This document shows, one piece after another, positions 14,544-23,736 of a stretch of DNA of 32,000 bases; positions within the stretch are counted from its first letter, which is position 1, and every line of letters starts with the position of its first letter. A program made the translations under genes and the position numbers. This DNA is from Mycobacterium sp. 1081908.1 (GTDB lineage: Bacteria > Actinomycetota > Actinomycetes > Mycobacteriales > Mycobacteriaceae): assembly GCF_001673535.1 (NCBI RefSeq), contig NZ_LZLY01000097.1, positions 21,840 through 53,839 of the forward strand, read 5' to 3'. Below the pieces are notes generated by a model. That model was not told where the DNA came from and made no database searches. It saw only the letters and a list, made by a program, of their open reading frames with translations.

Positions 14544-15115
14544 CGGTCGACGGCGCAGCGCACGATGAGGCGGCCGAGGAGCGGACGCCTGCCCGCCGAA
14601 CCGGCGCGATCGGGCGCTGGACGCGTCGTTGCGTGGCGCGGTGGCGCCCAATCCTGTTGACTGTTCTGCTTATTGCCGCGCTCGGCAACGCGGCCCGGAT
14701 CTTCTACTTCGATTACCGTCCGGATTTGCAGACCGACCGCGCCGCGGCGCACCAGGTCATCCGAGCGGCCAGCGACGGCGCGGTGGCGTTGCTGTCCTAC
14801 TCGCCCGAAACTCTCGATCGTGATTTCGCCAACGCCAAATCCCGGCTCACCGAGGACTATCTGGCCTACTACCAACGGTTCGCCGACCAGGTCGTGGGGC
14901 CGTCGGCGCAGCGCGGCCAAGTCACGACGACCGCCTCCGTGGTCAAGGCCGCCGTGTCGGAACTGCAGGCGAATTCCGCTGTCGTACTTGTGTTCATAAA
15001 ACAGAAGACCACGAGCAAGGCAAAGCCGGAACCGGTCGTGACGTCGAGCAGCCTGAAGGTAGCGATGGAAAAGGTCAAAGGTTCATGGCTCATCGATAAA
15101 TTCGATGTCCTATGA
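14540..15115 (+). CDS. Mce-associated membrane protein (Mas-like), second of pair
   Basis: 191-aa ORF. GTG 14540 overlaps the upstream stop (GTGA). An N-terminal TM (ILLTVLLIAALGNAARIFYF) is followed by AAAHQVIRAASDGAVALLSYSPETLDRDFANAKSRLTEDY..., typical of the family. Confidence 0.8.
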   Translation: MTVDGAAHDEAAEERTPARRTGAIGRWTRRCVARWRPILLTVLLIAALGNAARIFYFDYRPDLQTDRAAAHQVIRAASDGAVALLSYSPETLDRDFANAKSRLTEDYLAYYQRFADQVVGPSAQRGQVTTTASVVKAAVSELQANSAVVLVFIKQKTTSKAKPEPVVTSSSLKVAMEKVKGSWLIDKFDVL

Positions 15116-15173
15116 GCGCCCCGGCAGGCTTCGCGGCAAACCATTCCGTGACACGCGGGGGCGGTGTTAGTCT

Positions 15174-15188
15174 GTGAATTCGATTCGC
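15174..15188. promoter_or_regulatory. GTGAATTCGATTCGC, third copy of the GnGAAT-N3-ATTCnC motif
   Basis: Read directly from the sequence. It is centred 46 nt upstream of ATG 15227. Confidence 0.4.
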
Positions 15189-15226
15189 TTGGAATTGGCG
15201 GTATTTAACGCCTCAAGGAGCACACG

Positions 15227-15742
15227 ATGCGTCCGATGAATATGGCGATAAGCGCAACCGTGGTGGCCGTCGGCGTGGCGGGCGGTGTGGGCGTGGCCCC
15301 GTCCGCATGGGCCTACGACCCCTCGATCAATGGGACATACACCGCGACCGTGGTCGGCGACTGGGCCCGCACGAACGAGGTGTTCCATCAGGAGCCGGTG
15401 GTGCGCAGCACCTGGACCATCACGACTTCGTGCTCCACTGCCTACCGGTGCGACGGCACGGTCGTCAGCGACCAAGGCTGGACCGCACCGATATTCATGA
15501 ACGAGGGCACCACCTGGTTCGTCAAACGCGACATTCCCAATTGGACAACCTGTCCCGACGGCACCTCGTTCACCGGTCACGACGTCATCCACTTCTATGC
15601 CGCCAACCCGGAGACCGGCGAGAAAGTGCTTGGGTCGCCGGTGCTGGCCGGGCGGGAACAGACGTCCGGCCCCAGCGGCGCCTGCGGCACCAACAAGCCG
15701 CTGTACATCGATCAACCGTTCAGGCTGGACAAAATAGGCTGA
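15227..15742 (+). CDS. Exported protein (function unknown)
   Basis: 171-aa ORF with SD AAGGAG at 15215-15220, 6 nt before the ATG. The signal peptide MRPMNMAISATVVAVGVAGGVGVAPSAWA is followed by a mature domain with 4 Cys (INGTYTATVVGDWARTN...). Confidence 0.7.
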   Translation: MRPMNMAISATVVAVGVAGGVGVAPSAWAYDPSINGTYTATVVGDWARTNEVFHQEPVVRSTWTITTSCSTAYRCDGTVVSDQGWTAPIFMNEGTTWFVKRDIPNWTTCPDGTSFTGHDVIHFYAANPETGEKVLGSPVLAGREQTSGPSGACGTNKPLYIDQPFRLDKIG

Positions 15743-15775
15743 CCCGGTTCACCCGACGATGGCCCTGCGCGGGCA

Positions 15776-17458
15776 TCAGGTGGCGAACATGTCCTTCCAC
15801 GTTTTCGGCGCCTTGGGCGACGTGGGCTTGACCAGATCCGATTGCCGGTAAACGTGGCCATCCGGGGTCACGTAGGTGCCGTTGCGCGGGTTGTACTGGG
15901 CGATCGCCACCGATGGACCGCTCTGAGACTCGTTGTGCCCGAATGCACTTGGCGCGGCCGAAGGCCCCGCGGGAGGCCCCGCCGGCGCCGCCGGCGCCGC
16001 AGCCGGCGCCGGCGACCCGGCGGGGGCAGCGGGAACGTCGATCGGCGCAATCGGTGACACCTCCCCCATCTGCGCCAACGGGCTGAGCGGCGCCGCGGGC
16101 GGCGGCAAGGCCGATGCCGGCGGCGTTCCCCGCGGCACCGCGCCCGGCGGCAGCGGCGTTCCCTCCACCGGCCCGAAGATTCTTTCGCGGTTCCAGTTGA
16201 CCCGGTCGTCGGGCGGGATGCCCTGCGCGATGAGGTTCGGGTCCAGCGGGTAAGTGCCGAACACGTGCTGTCTCATCGCCAACGGCTCGAAAGGCTTGTC
16301 GCTCTCGCAGATTTCGACGGTGGGCGCGCGTTTCCCCGGCTGTCCCATGCAGGGATAGTTTCGGGCACCGCGCACCGCGATGGGCGAATCCTGCGGCAGT
16401 TTGCAGTACAGCCCGTCCGGCGTGTCGATGGTGCGGGTGTCGGCTGCGGAACGCCATTGGCTCGGCGGCAGGAAGCCGACCGTGCAGGCGGGTGGGTCAC
16501 TGATGATGAGATTGAAGGCGCCCGTGGCCAATCCGGTCGGCGACTTCGTGCCGACGAACGACTGAATCGCCGCGGTGAACGGCGGCAGCAAAACCAGAAT
16601 CTGTTCGATCGAAGCGTGATAGGTCACGCCGATCTGGCCGATCGTGGTCAGGTTCGCAAGCAGCACCGGCAACGTCGGTTTGATTTGGTCGAGCAGCCGG
16701 GACGCCTCGTTGAGGGCTCCAGGCCCCTGTTGCAGCAGGGTGCGGAACTGTGGGTCGTCCTTCGCCAGCTGGCCGCTGAATCCGGCGAGGCTGCGCGCCC
16801 ACGTCCGGATCGAATCGGCGGTCTGGGCTTGCGCGTCCAGGAAGGGCCCGGTGTCTTCGGTCAGGTTCCGTGTCTGGTCGGCGACACCGTTGAGGTCACC
16901 CGAGACCCGTGCCGAACTGTCGAACAGCGATCCGAAATCGTAACCGCTGCCGTTGAATGCCTTGAACGACTCGTCGAGCAACTGACCGAGCTTGCCCTTG
17001 GGGATGCTGTTGATCAACGCGCTGGACTGGTCGAGCACTGGGCCGATCGGTTGGGGGATCGTCGTGTCGTTCATCGCGATCACCGAGCCGTCGTGCAGGT
17101 AAGGCGGCGAGTCGTTGCGGGGCCGCAGATCGACGTAATACTCGCCCACCGCGGAGATGCTCAGCACCTCCGCCTTCAGGTCCGCCGGTATCTTCGGCGA
17201 AGTATCAAGGGACAGCGTGGCTTTCGCGCCATCGGGGGTCAGCCCCACCGCGGTCACCTTGCCGATCTGCACCCCTCGGTAGGTCACATTGCTGAAGCGG
17301 TACAGGCCACCGGTGGCGGGCAGTTTCAGCGTGACCGTCATCTTGCCGATGCCGAGCAGGGTCGGCGCCTGGACGTACCACAACGCCATGACGACCACAC
17401 CGACGATCCCGACGATCGTGAAGATCGCCAACTGGATACGGACAAACCGGGTCAGCAT
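15776..17458 (-). CDS. mceF: Mce-family substrate-binding protein MceF
   Basis: 560-aa ORF and sixth mce gene. An N-terminal TM (IQLAIFTIVGIVGVVVMALWYV) is followed by an MlaD/MCE segment (MTVTLKLPATGGLYRFSNVTYRGVQIGKVTAV) and a Pro/Ala-rich C-terminal region. The start codon directly abuts the mceE stop. Confidence 0.9.
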   Translation of the reverse strand: MLTRFVRIQLAIFTIVGIVGVVVMALWYVQAPTLLGIGKMTVTLKLPATGGLYRFSNVTYRGVQIGKVTAVGLTPDGAKATLSLDTSPKIPADLKAEVLSISAVGEYYVDLRPRNDSPPYLHDGSVIAMNDTTIPQPIGPVLDQSSALINSIPKGKLGQLLDESFKAFNGSGYDFGSLFDSSARVSGDLNGVADQTRNLTEDTGPFLDAQAQTADSIRTWARSLAGFSGQLAKDDPQFRTLLQQGPGALNEASRLLDQIKPTLPVLLANLTTIGQIGVTYHASIEQILVLLPPFTAAIQSFVGTKSPTGLATGAFNLIISDPPACTVGFLPPSQWRSAADTRTIDTPDGLYCKLPQDSPIAVRGARNYPCMGQPGKRAPTVEICESDKPFEPLAMRQHVFGTYPLDPNLIAQGIPPDDRVNWNRERIFGPVEGTPLPPGAVPRGTPPASALPPPAAPLSPLAQMGEVSPIAPIDVPAAPAGSPAPAAAPAAPAGPPAGPSAAPSAFGHNESQSGPSVAIAQYNPRNGTYVTPDGHVYRQSDLVKPTSPKAPKTWKDMFAT

Positions 17459-18889
17459 CTACGAGCCCCCGTCCGTCGGCTGGCTCGGGGTCGGGGTCGC
17501 GCCCGGCACCGGGGCACCCTGGTCGGCCGGCGCGGCAGCGCCCGCCGGCGGCGGACCGGGCAGCGTCGCTGTCGGCGACTGCTGCGCGTCGGGACCGAGC
17601 CACCTCAGGCCCGCGATCAACGGCGACACCGGTGGCGGTGCCGCGGGCGGCGGTGTGTCTGCCGATTGCTGGTTCACCGGCCCCGGCGCCGCGGCCGGCG
17701 GCGGTCCGGGCAGCGGCCGCCCCCAGGGTGGCGGTGGCCCGAAGGGTGCCGGTTCCCCGGTCGGTCCGGGCTTGCTGAGCGCCCCGGGCGCCCCGGGCGG
17801 TGCACCGTATCGGAATTGCAGGTATTCCGGATCCGCGGGCCCGGGCACGGCCTCGGCACCGATCCGCTCCCAATGGGTGCCGCGGAGGATGCCCTTGCGC
17901 AGCCCGGCGTTCGTCAGATCGATGATGAAATACCCGTTGAGGTAGTCGCCCCGGATGTACCGGTCGATGATGCTCTGGGCCCACGGGAACGTCGGCGCGT
18001 ACGCGAGGGCGGCGTCCAAATCCGGCCCGATGTCGGCGAGCGCACCGAGTGCCGGCGCGAGGTTCGTCAAGTTCTTCACCAAGTCATCGCCCGCGTCGTT
18101 GACGAGCCTGGTCGCGGTGTTGCTGAACGTCCCGAGCTTGTTCAGCGCGGTCGTGATGCGGGGGCGCTCCTTGATCAGGACGTCCAGTGCGGGCGGAATC
18201 TTGTACAGCGCCTGGGTGATCACGTCGCGCTGGGCGGCGAACGTGCCGGACAGGCGATTGAGGGCATGTATCGACGCGACGAGATTGTCGCGCTGCTGGT
18301 CGAGTGTGCCCACGAACCGGTCGAGGCGCTCGAGCAGATCCCGAACGGCGCCTTCGTTTCCCGAGAGGGCGGCGTTGAAGTTGTGGATGATGTCCCCGAA
18401 TTGACCCAGCCCGCCGGCGTTGAGGATCACCGACAGCGACGACAGCGTCTGTTCGGTCGACGGATAGGTGGACGAGCGGTTCAGCGGGATCGTGGCGCCC
18501 GGCTGCAGGCGTCCGGACGCCGGCTGGCCCAGCGGCGGATTGAGCGCCAGATGCATGGAACCCAGCAGGCTGGTCTGGCCGACGCTGGCCACCGCGTTGG
18601 CGGGGATCACCGTGCCGGGCTTTACCGAGATTTCAACGTCGGCGTGCCATCCCCGCACCGTCATCTTGCTGATGCTGCCGACGATGACATCGTCGATCAT
18701 TACCGGCGAATTCGGTTCCATCGTAACGACGTTGGCGAGTTCCACGTGGTAGGTGGTGGCACCCGGGCCTCGTCCCACCGCGCCCGGCAACGGCAGCGAG
18801 TTCAGGCCGTTGAACGCGCATCCGCTCACCGCGAGCATGACGCAGCAGACGATGCCGAGCACGCGCCGCATCGCGATCCGGGGGGTCAT
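17459..18889 (-). CDS. mceE: Mce-family lipoprotein MceE (LprK/LprN-like)
   Basis: 476-aa ORF with the lipobox MRRVLGIVCCVMLAVSGC. It has an MCE domain (YHVELANVVTMEPNSPVMIDDVIVGSISKM) and a long Pro-rich tail. It overlaps the mceD stop by 4 bp. Confidence 0.9.
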   Translation of the reverse strand: MTPRIAMRRVLGIVCCVMLAVSGCAFNGLNSLPLPGAVGRGPGATTYHVELANVVTMEPNSPVMIDDVIVGSISKMTVRGWHADVEISVKPGTVIPANAVASVGQTSLLGSMHLALNPPLGQPASGRLQPGATIPLNRSSTYPSTEQTLSSLSVILNAGGLGQFGDIIHNFNAALSGNEGAVRDLLERLDRFVGTLDQQRDNLVASIHALNRLSGTFAAQRDVITQALYKIPPALDVLIKERPRITTALNKLGTFSNTATRLVNDAGDDLVKNLTNLAPALGALADIGPDLDAALAYAPTFPWAQSIIDRYIRGDYLNGYFIIDLTNAGLRKGILRGTHWERIGAEAVPGPADPEYLQFRYGAPPGAPGALSKPGPTGEPAPFGPPPPWGRPLPGPPPAAAPGPVNQQSADTPPPAAPPPVSPLIAGLRWLGPDAQQSPTATLPGPPPAGAAAPADQGAPVPGATPTPSQPTDGGS

Positions 18890-20331
18890 GGTTGCGCTCC
18901 TTCACCCGGGAGCAGCATGTCCTGAAGGTTCGCAGGGGCGCCCGGCGGCGGCGAGGGCGGCGGTGCTGCGGCGGGCGGCGGTTCCCCCGGCGGGGGTTCC
19001 GGCATCGCCGCGCCCGGGATCCGCCCCATCGGCACCGAACCCGGCGGCCCAACCGGGTCTCCCGGCAGCCCGGTGTACGCGGAAACGGCCGGCGGCATCA
19101 ACGGCGGGCCGGGCCTGGGCCCCTCACCGCCGGGCTTCAGCCGATCCTCGCTGTAGACAACGTTTTCGGGGGCGAACGAGGGAGCCAGGATCGGGTTGAC
19201 CGGAATCGGGAGATAGTTGAAGTTGACGATGAAGTTCGGGTTGAACACCTTCAGCGCCGGGCTCAGATACAGGCCGCACAGCTTGCCCGTCTCTACGGCG
19301 GTGACGTTCTCGATGGCCCCGATGCCCGCACACCACGCATACGTCGGATTGGTGAAGTTCTGCAGGCCGACGCCGCCGCGGATGTTGCCGGAGTCAGGGT
19401 CGTAGGCGTTGTAGGCGTTTGCGAGCGCGGTCGGCGAGATGTGTAGCACGTTTTTCAACGCCATCTTTTGGTCGACGAGTATCTGTGTCAGGTCGGCCAG
19501 CCGCGAAATCTGTTCGGAGGTCGCATCACGACTGCCGGCGATGAACCGCTGCACCTCGCCGACCGCGTTCGCCAGGTCCGTCAGCGCCGCGTCCAAATCG
19601 GACTTGTTGTCGTCGAGCACGCTGGTCAGCGTCGCCAGCCGGTTGTCGAACTGCACGATCTGCACATTGCTTTCGCGCAGCGCCCCGACGAATGCCTGCA
19701 GGTTCTTGATGATGTCGACCAGGTTGCCGCTGCCTTCGGCGAAGACCCGGGCGACCCCGGACAGTTGGGCCAGCGTCTGGTGCAGCTTCTCGCCGTTGCC
19801 GCCGCCCAGCGCGTCGGCTGCACTGTCGATGAACCGCGCCACCGACGGAGTGGACACCTTGCTGTTGGGACCCAATTCCGTTGCCAGACGCATCAATTGC
19901 TCTTTGACCTGGTCCCATTCGACGGGCACCGCCGTCCGTTCGATCGGTATCACCGCGCCGTCACGCATGGTGGGGCCGCTCGACCGGTAGGCCGGCGTGA
20001 GCTGTACGTAGCGCGCCGCCACCAGGTTTTGGGCGACGATCACCGCCTTCGCGTCCGACGGAATGGGCACGCTGCGATCGACGTGCATCACCAGCTTCGC
20101 CCGGGTCCCCTGGGGCTGAATGGACGAGATGGTGCCGACCTTCATGCCGGACACCCGCACGTCGTCGCCGGGATAGATCGCGGTGGCCGTGGGGAAGTAA
20201 GCGGTGATGGTCGTCGGACGAAAGAAGGTGTTGCGGATGGCGATCGCCGCGCCGACGACAACGAGACCCGCCAGCACGATCGCCAGTCCCACCTTGAGCT
20301 TGTTGCGCGGAATCGCCCGTAGCCCCGTCAT
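18886..20331 (-). CDS. mceD: Mce-family substrate-binding protein MceD
   Basis: The track ORF is 18886..20451. I prefer ATG 20329-20331 (MTGLRAIPRNKLKVGLAIVLAGLVVVGAAIAI), which overlaps the mceC stop (ATGA). It has an MCE domain (ITAYFPTATAIYPGDDVRVSGMKVGTISSI) and a Pro-rich tail. Confidence 0.9.
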   Translation of the reverse strand: MTGLRAIPRNKLKVGLAIVLAGLVVVGAAIAIRNTFFRPTTITAYFPTATAIYPGDDVRVSGMKVGTISSIQPQGTRAKLVMHVDRSVPIPSDAKAVIVAQNLVAARYVQLTPAYRSSGPTMRDGAVIPIERTAVPVEWDQVKEQLMRLATELGPNSKVSTPSVARFIDSAADALGGGNGEKLHQTLAQLSGVARVFAEGSGNLVDIIKNLQAFVGALRESNVQIVQFDNRLATLTSVLDDNKSDLDAALTDLANAVGEVQRFIAGSRDATSEQISRLADLTQILVDQKMALKNVLHISPTALANAYNAYDPDSGNIRGGVGLQNFTNPTYAWCAGIGAIENVTAVETGKLCGLYLSPALKVFNPNFIVNFNYLPIPVNPILAPSFAPENVVYSEDRLKPGGEGPRPGPPLMPPAVSAYTGLPGDPVGPPGSVPMGRIPGAAMPEPPPGEPPPAAAPPPSPPPGAPANLQDMLLPGEGAQP

Positions 20332-21410
20332 GGCCGCCCTCCCGGGTCCTGGTTGAACGGGAACGGGAAGAAGGCCCGCGGCCCGGCGGTGTCCGGCGGC
20401 TGACCGGGCGCGCCGTAGGCGCGGAACCCGAAGGCGTAGTCGAACAACCACTGGAAGAATTCAAGCTGGAAAAGGTTGGGGATGAACGGGTTGTAGTAGT
20501 AGCCGCTCGAGACGGTCTCCCCCTGCGTCAGCTCGTATTTCGCCAGTCCGGGAAGCGCTTTGGCGAGATTGTCGCGGTTCTTTTCCAGGACCGCCGTCAC
20601 GGAGTTCAGTTTTTCCAGGGTCGGCGCCAGCTTCGCTTCGTTGTCGTGCACTATGCCGGAGAGCTGCCGGGCCACCGCGGACGTGCTGGCCAGCAGCCGC
20701 ACGATCGCCTGGCGCCGCGCCACCAGCATCGACAATAAGTCATTGGCGTTGAGGATCAGTGTGTTCAGCTGCTGGCTACGTTGCCCGAGGACGCCGGTGA
20801 CGTCGGCGGCGCCCTTGAGCAACTGCCCGAGCGTCTGGTTGCGGGCGTTGAGGGTCTGGGAAAGCCGGCTCACCCCGTCGAACGCGGGACCCAGTTGCGG
20901 CGCAACCTGATTCAGCGTCGCCGACAGCGTGTCAAGGGACTGGTTGAGCGACTCGGTGTTGGTTCCCTGCAGGTCGGTCGTCAGGTCGTTGACGGCCTCG
21001 GACAGCGAATACGGCGAGGAGGTGCGCGACACCGGGATGACGGCCATCGGATGCAAGTTGCCGGTGCCCGCGGAGTCGACCGTGAGCACCCGCTGGCCCA
21101 ACAGCGAACCGGTCTTGATGTGTGCGGTGCTGGCCGAGCCGAGCAGGATGTTGCCCTTGGCGGTGAACGTCACCAGCACGTCGCCGTGCTGCAGCGACAT
21201 GCCCGTCACGCTGCCGACCTTGATTCCCGAAATCGTCACGTCGTTGCCCAGCGCGAGGCCACCGGCATCAGCGAACAGCGCCTGGTAACGGACCGTGGTG
21301 GCCCGCTGGACCAGCTGATCGGGGTTCAGCCCGACGGCGATGACCAGGGCTATGAGGACGGCGCCGATGAATCCGGCCTTGATGAGGCCCGCTCCGCGAT
21401 ACTTATTCAT
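20328..21410 (-). CDS. mceC: Mce-family substrate-binding protein MceC
   Basis: The track ORF is 20328..21533. I prefer ATG 21408-21410 (MNKYRGAGLIKAGFIGAVLIALVIAVGL), which overlaps the 3' end of mceB by 8 nt. MCE domain: YQALFADAGGLALGNDVTISGIKVGSVTGM. Confidence 0.9.
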   Translation of the reverse strand: MNKYRGAGLIKAGFIGAVLIALVIAVGLNPDQLVQRATTVRYQALFADAGGLALGNDVTISGIKVGSVTGMSLQHGDVLVTFTAKGNILLGSASTAHIKTGSLLGQRVLTVDSAGTGNLHPMAVIPVSRTSSPYSLSEAVNDLTTDLQGTNTESLNQSLDTLSATLNQVAPQLGPAFDGVSRLSQTLNARNQTLGQLLKGAADVTGVLGQRSQQLNTLILNANDLLSMLVARRQAIVRLLASTSAVARQLSGIVHDNEAKLAPTLEKLNSVTAVLEKNRDNLAKALPGLAKYELTQGETVSSGYYYNPFIPNLFQLEFFQWLFDYAFGFRAYGAPGQPPDTAGPRAFFPFPFNQDPGGRP

Positions 21411-22443
21411 CGGGGTCCTTCGGTTCCGCGCACCGCCCGGTGGTCTGGTGTTTGATGCCCACTTCCACCGTCCGGTACTGCAAGTCGGACACCCGCAGCG
21501 ACAGTCCGCACAGGTAGTAGGGGAACCATGCACCGTACGACCCGAGCCTGAGCAGTTTGCGGTAGTTGTGCGGCAACTTCTGCAGCGAGGTGTCGATCAG
21601 GTTCTTGTCCTTGTCCAGCAGCGGGGCCAGCCGATTCGCCTGGTCCACCGTCGCGGCCAGCGGTTGGCGGGCGCGGGTGAGCAGATCCGCGATCGATGCG
21701 GTGCCGTTGTCCAGGGCCGTGATCGCGGTGCCGATGGTGTCACGATCCTGGTCGAATCCACTGACCAATTTCTCCAGGCGGTCGATGGCGCCGGAGAACT
21801 TGGTGCCGTCCTTGTCGACGGTGGCCACCACTGCGTTGAGGTTGTCGATCAGCTCCTGCACCGTCTGGTTGTTGTCGGCCAACGTGTTGGAGAACGACGA
21901 CGTCTTCGACAGTAGCGACTGCAGGGTCCCGCCCTCGCCCTGGAAGACCTGGATGAGCGCCGCGCTCAGCGCGTTGACGTCTTGCGGATTGAGGCCCTGG
22001 GTAACGGGTTTCAGCCCGCCCAGCAGCAGATCGATGTCCAGGGCCGGCGCCGTCCGATCGAGCGGGATCTCCGATCCCGCCGGCAGGACCTTGGTGGACC
22101 CCGGGCCGTCGGTCAGCTCGAGATAGCGATCACCGACCAGGTTCAGGTAGCGAACCACGGCGCGGGTGCCGGTGGTCAGCACCACGCTGCGGTCGGCGTC
22201 GAACTTCACCTCGACCTTCTTGTCGGCGCGCAGCTTGACGCTGTTGACCGTGCCCACCCGGATGCCGGCGACCCGGACGGTCTCGCCGGTCTTCAGCCGC
22301 GACACGTCGGTGAAGAGCGCCGAATACCCGTTCGTCGAACCGGTGGTGTACTGCCCAAAGATGAAGAACAGGAACACGGTCAGCACGACCATCACGGTGG
22401 CGAACGCCCCGAACTTGAGGATCATCCCGCGCGAGCCGGTCAT
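21403..22443 (-). CDS. mceB: Mce-family substrate-binding protein MceB
   Basis: The track ORF is 21403..22626. I prefer ATG 22441-22443 (MTGSRGMILKFGAFATVMVVLTVFLFFIF), which overlaps the mceA stop (ATGA). MCE domain: YSALFTDVSRLKTGETVRVAGIRVGTVNSV. Confidence 0.9.
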   Translation of the reverse strand: MTGSRGMILKFGAFATVMVVLTVFLFFIFGQYTTGSTNGYSALFTDVSRLKTGETVRVAGIRVGTVNSVKLRADKKVEVKFDADRSVVLTTGTRAVVRYLNLVGDRYLELTDGPGSTKVLPAGSEIPLDRTAPALDIDLLLGGLKPVTQGLNPQDVNALSAALIQVFQGEGGTLQSLLSKTSSFSNTLADNNQTVQELIDNLNAVVATVDKDGTKFSGAIDRLEKLVSGFDQDRDTIGTAITALDNGTASIADLLTRARQPLAATVDQANRLAPLLDKDKNLIDTSLQKLPHNYRKLLRLGSYGAWFPYYLCGLSLRVSDLQYRTVEVGIKHQTTGRCAEPKDPDE

Positions 22444-23717
22444 CCGGGCATCCCGATCTGCATGGTGTTGCGAGGCGGTCCGTCGATCGGCCCGTACAGC
22501 AGCTGCTTGAGCGCATCGGAGTTGAGCAGCAGTTGCTGGTTGCCGTACTGCGTGGGGTTGGAGCCGTTGTCCGTCACCACGAACGGCGGCGCGACGTCGA
22601 AGGGCACCACCGGAAGGTCCCGGCATTGCGGCCCGCCGGTCGCCGCCACCTTGGGCAGGTTGGACGGGTAGCGGTAACGCTCGGCGCCGAGGCCGAGGAC
22701 GACGGTGACCTTAACCATCGGCTCGGGCAGGTCCGGCGCATGCAGGTTCCCCAGCGACCCGGCGATGCCGCAGTACAGCGCCTGATGGTACTGGTTGAGC
22801 AGATCGGTGGTCGGCACCAGCAGATGCAGGTCGTCCGTCAGCGCTTGCCGGTTGCCGCCGACCACCTCATTGCCCAAGTCCGCCAAGCCAATCGAGCTGA
22901 TCAGGAAGGCATCCAGGTTTTGTTGCTCGTCGACGATCGTCTTGCTGATCCGCACGGCATTGTCGGTCGTGGCCAGCAGGTGCGGCGCCGCGTCGGCGTA
23001 GGCCTCGCTCACCGCGGGCAGGGCCTCGAGGTCATGGCTCAGCGCGGGAAGGCTGGGCTCCTGGGTGGCCAGGAATGAATCCAGATCGCGCAGCATCTGG
23101 CCGATCTTGTGGCCGCGTCCGTTGACCGCAGACGCTAGTGCGCCGAGCGTTTCGTTGAGCTTGGCGGGATCGATCGTCGACAGCAGCGATGTGAGTTGCT
23201 GGAACACCGTGTTGATTTCGACGGTGACATGTTTGCCCTCAAGCACCTGACCCGCGCGCAGCGACTGCGGCGACGGCTCCGCGGGCGGTACCAGCTCAAT
23301 GAACTTCGCGCCGAACACCGTCGTCGACGCGATATCGACGAGAACATTGGCCGGGATGAGGTGCATCTGCGACGGTTGCATCGCGAGGTGCAGGACGGCT
23401 TCGCCGTTGGGCCGCACGTCGATTGAGGCGACCTTGCCCACCTCGACGCCACGCATCTTCACCTTGGCCTCGGGGTTCATCACCAGGCCGGCGCGCGGCG
23501 AGACGACGGTAACGGGCACGCTCGTGGTGAAGGAGCCCTGAAATAGGCCTATCGCGACGGCGAAGACCAGGCCGATGAGGACGATGGTCGCCAGCCCCGC
23601 CAACGGCCGCACGTACGACTGCGCGCCGAAGTGGCGCCCGGGCGATGCCGCGACGGGCCGTGCGGCACTGGTGGTTTCGGACCGGTGAATGGGGCCCGGC
23701 CCGAGGTCACGCGTCAC
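22440..23717 (-). CDS. mceA: Mce-family substrate-binding protein MceA
   Basis: 425-aa ORF with a GTG start at 23715-23717. A TM (LAGLATIVLIGLVFAVAIGLF) is followed by an MCE domain (VTVVSPRAGLVMNPEAKVKMRGVEVGKVASI). Confidence 0.9.
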   Translation of the reverse strand: MTRDLGPGPIHRSETTSAARPVAASPGRHFGAQSYVRPLAGLATIVLIGLVFAVAIGLFQGSFTTSVPVTVVSPRAGLVMNPEAKVKMRGVEVGKVASIDVRPNGEAVLHLAMQPSQMHLIPANVLVDIASTTVFGAKFIELVPPAEPSPQSLRAGQVLEGKHVTVEINTVFQQLTSLLSTIDPAKLNETLGALASAVNGRGHKIGQMLRDLDSFLATQEPSLPALSHDLEALPAVSEAYADAAPHLLATTDNAVRISKTIVDEQQNLDAFLISSIGLADLGNEVVGGNRQALTDDLHLLVPTTDLLNQYHQALYCGIAGSLGNLHAPDLPEPMVKVTVVLGLGAERYRYPSNLPKVAATGGPQCRDLPVVPFDVAPPFVVTDNGSNPTQYGNQQLLLNSDALKQLLYGPIDGPPRNTMQIGMPG

Positions 23718-23736
23718 TGTCCTTTCACCACCTTCC

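Noticed and set aside
17811-17829. Inverted repeat CGGAAT-N7-ATTCCG
   Set aside because: It lies inside the mceE coding sequence (the Pro-rich tail region), has different spacing from the intergenic motif, and has no promoter context.
16265-18925. 886-aa plus-strand ORF
   Set aside because: It is the mirror frame of mceF and mceE, which have clear Mce architecture. The translation is Arg/Gly/Asp-rich with no domain features.
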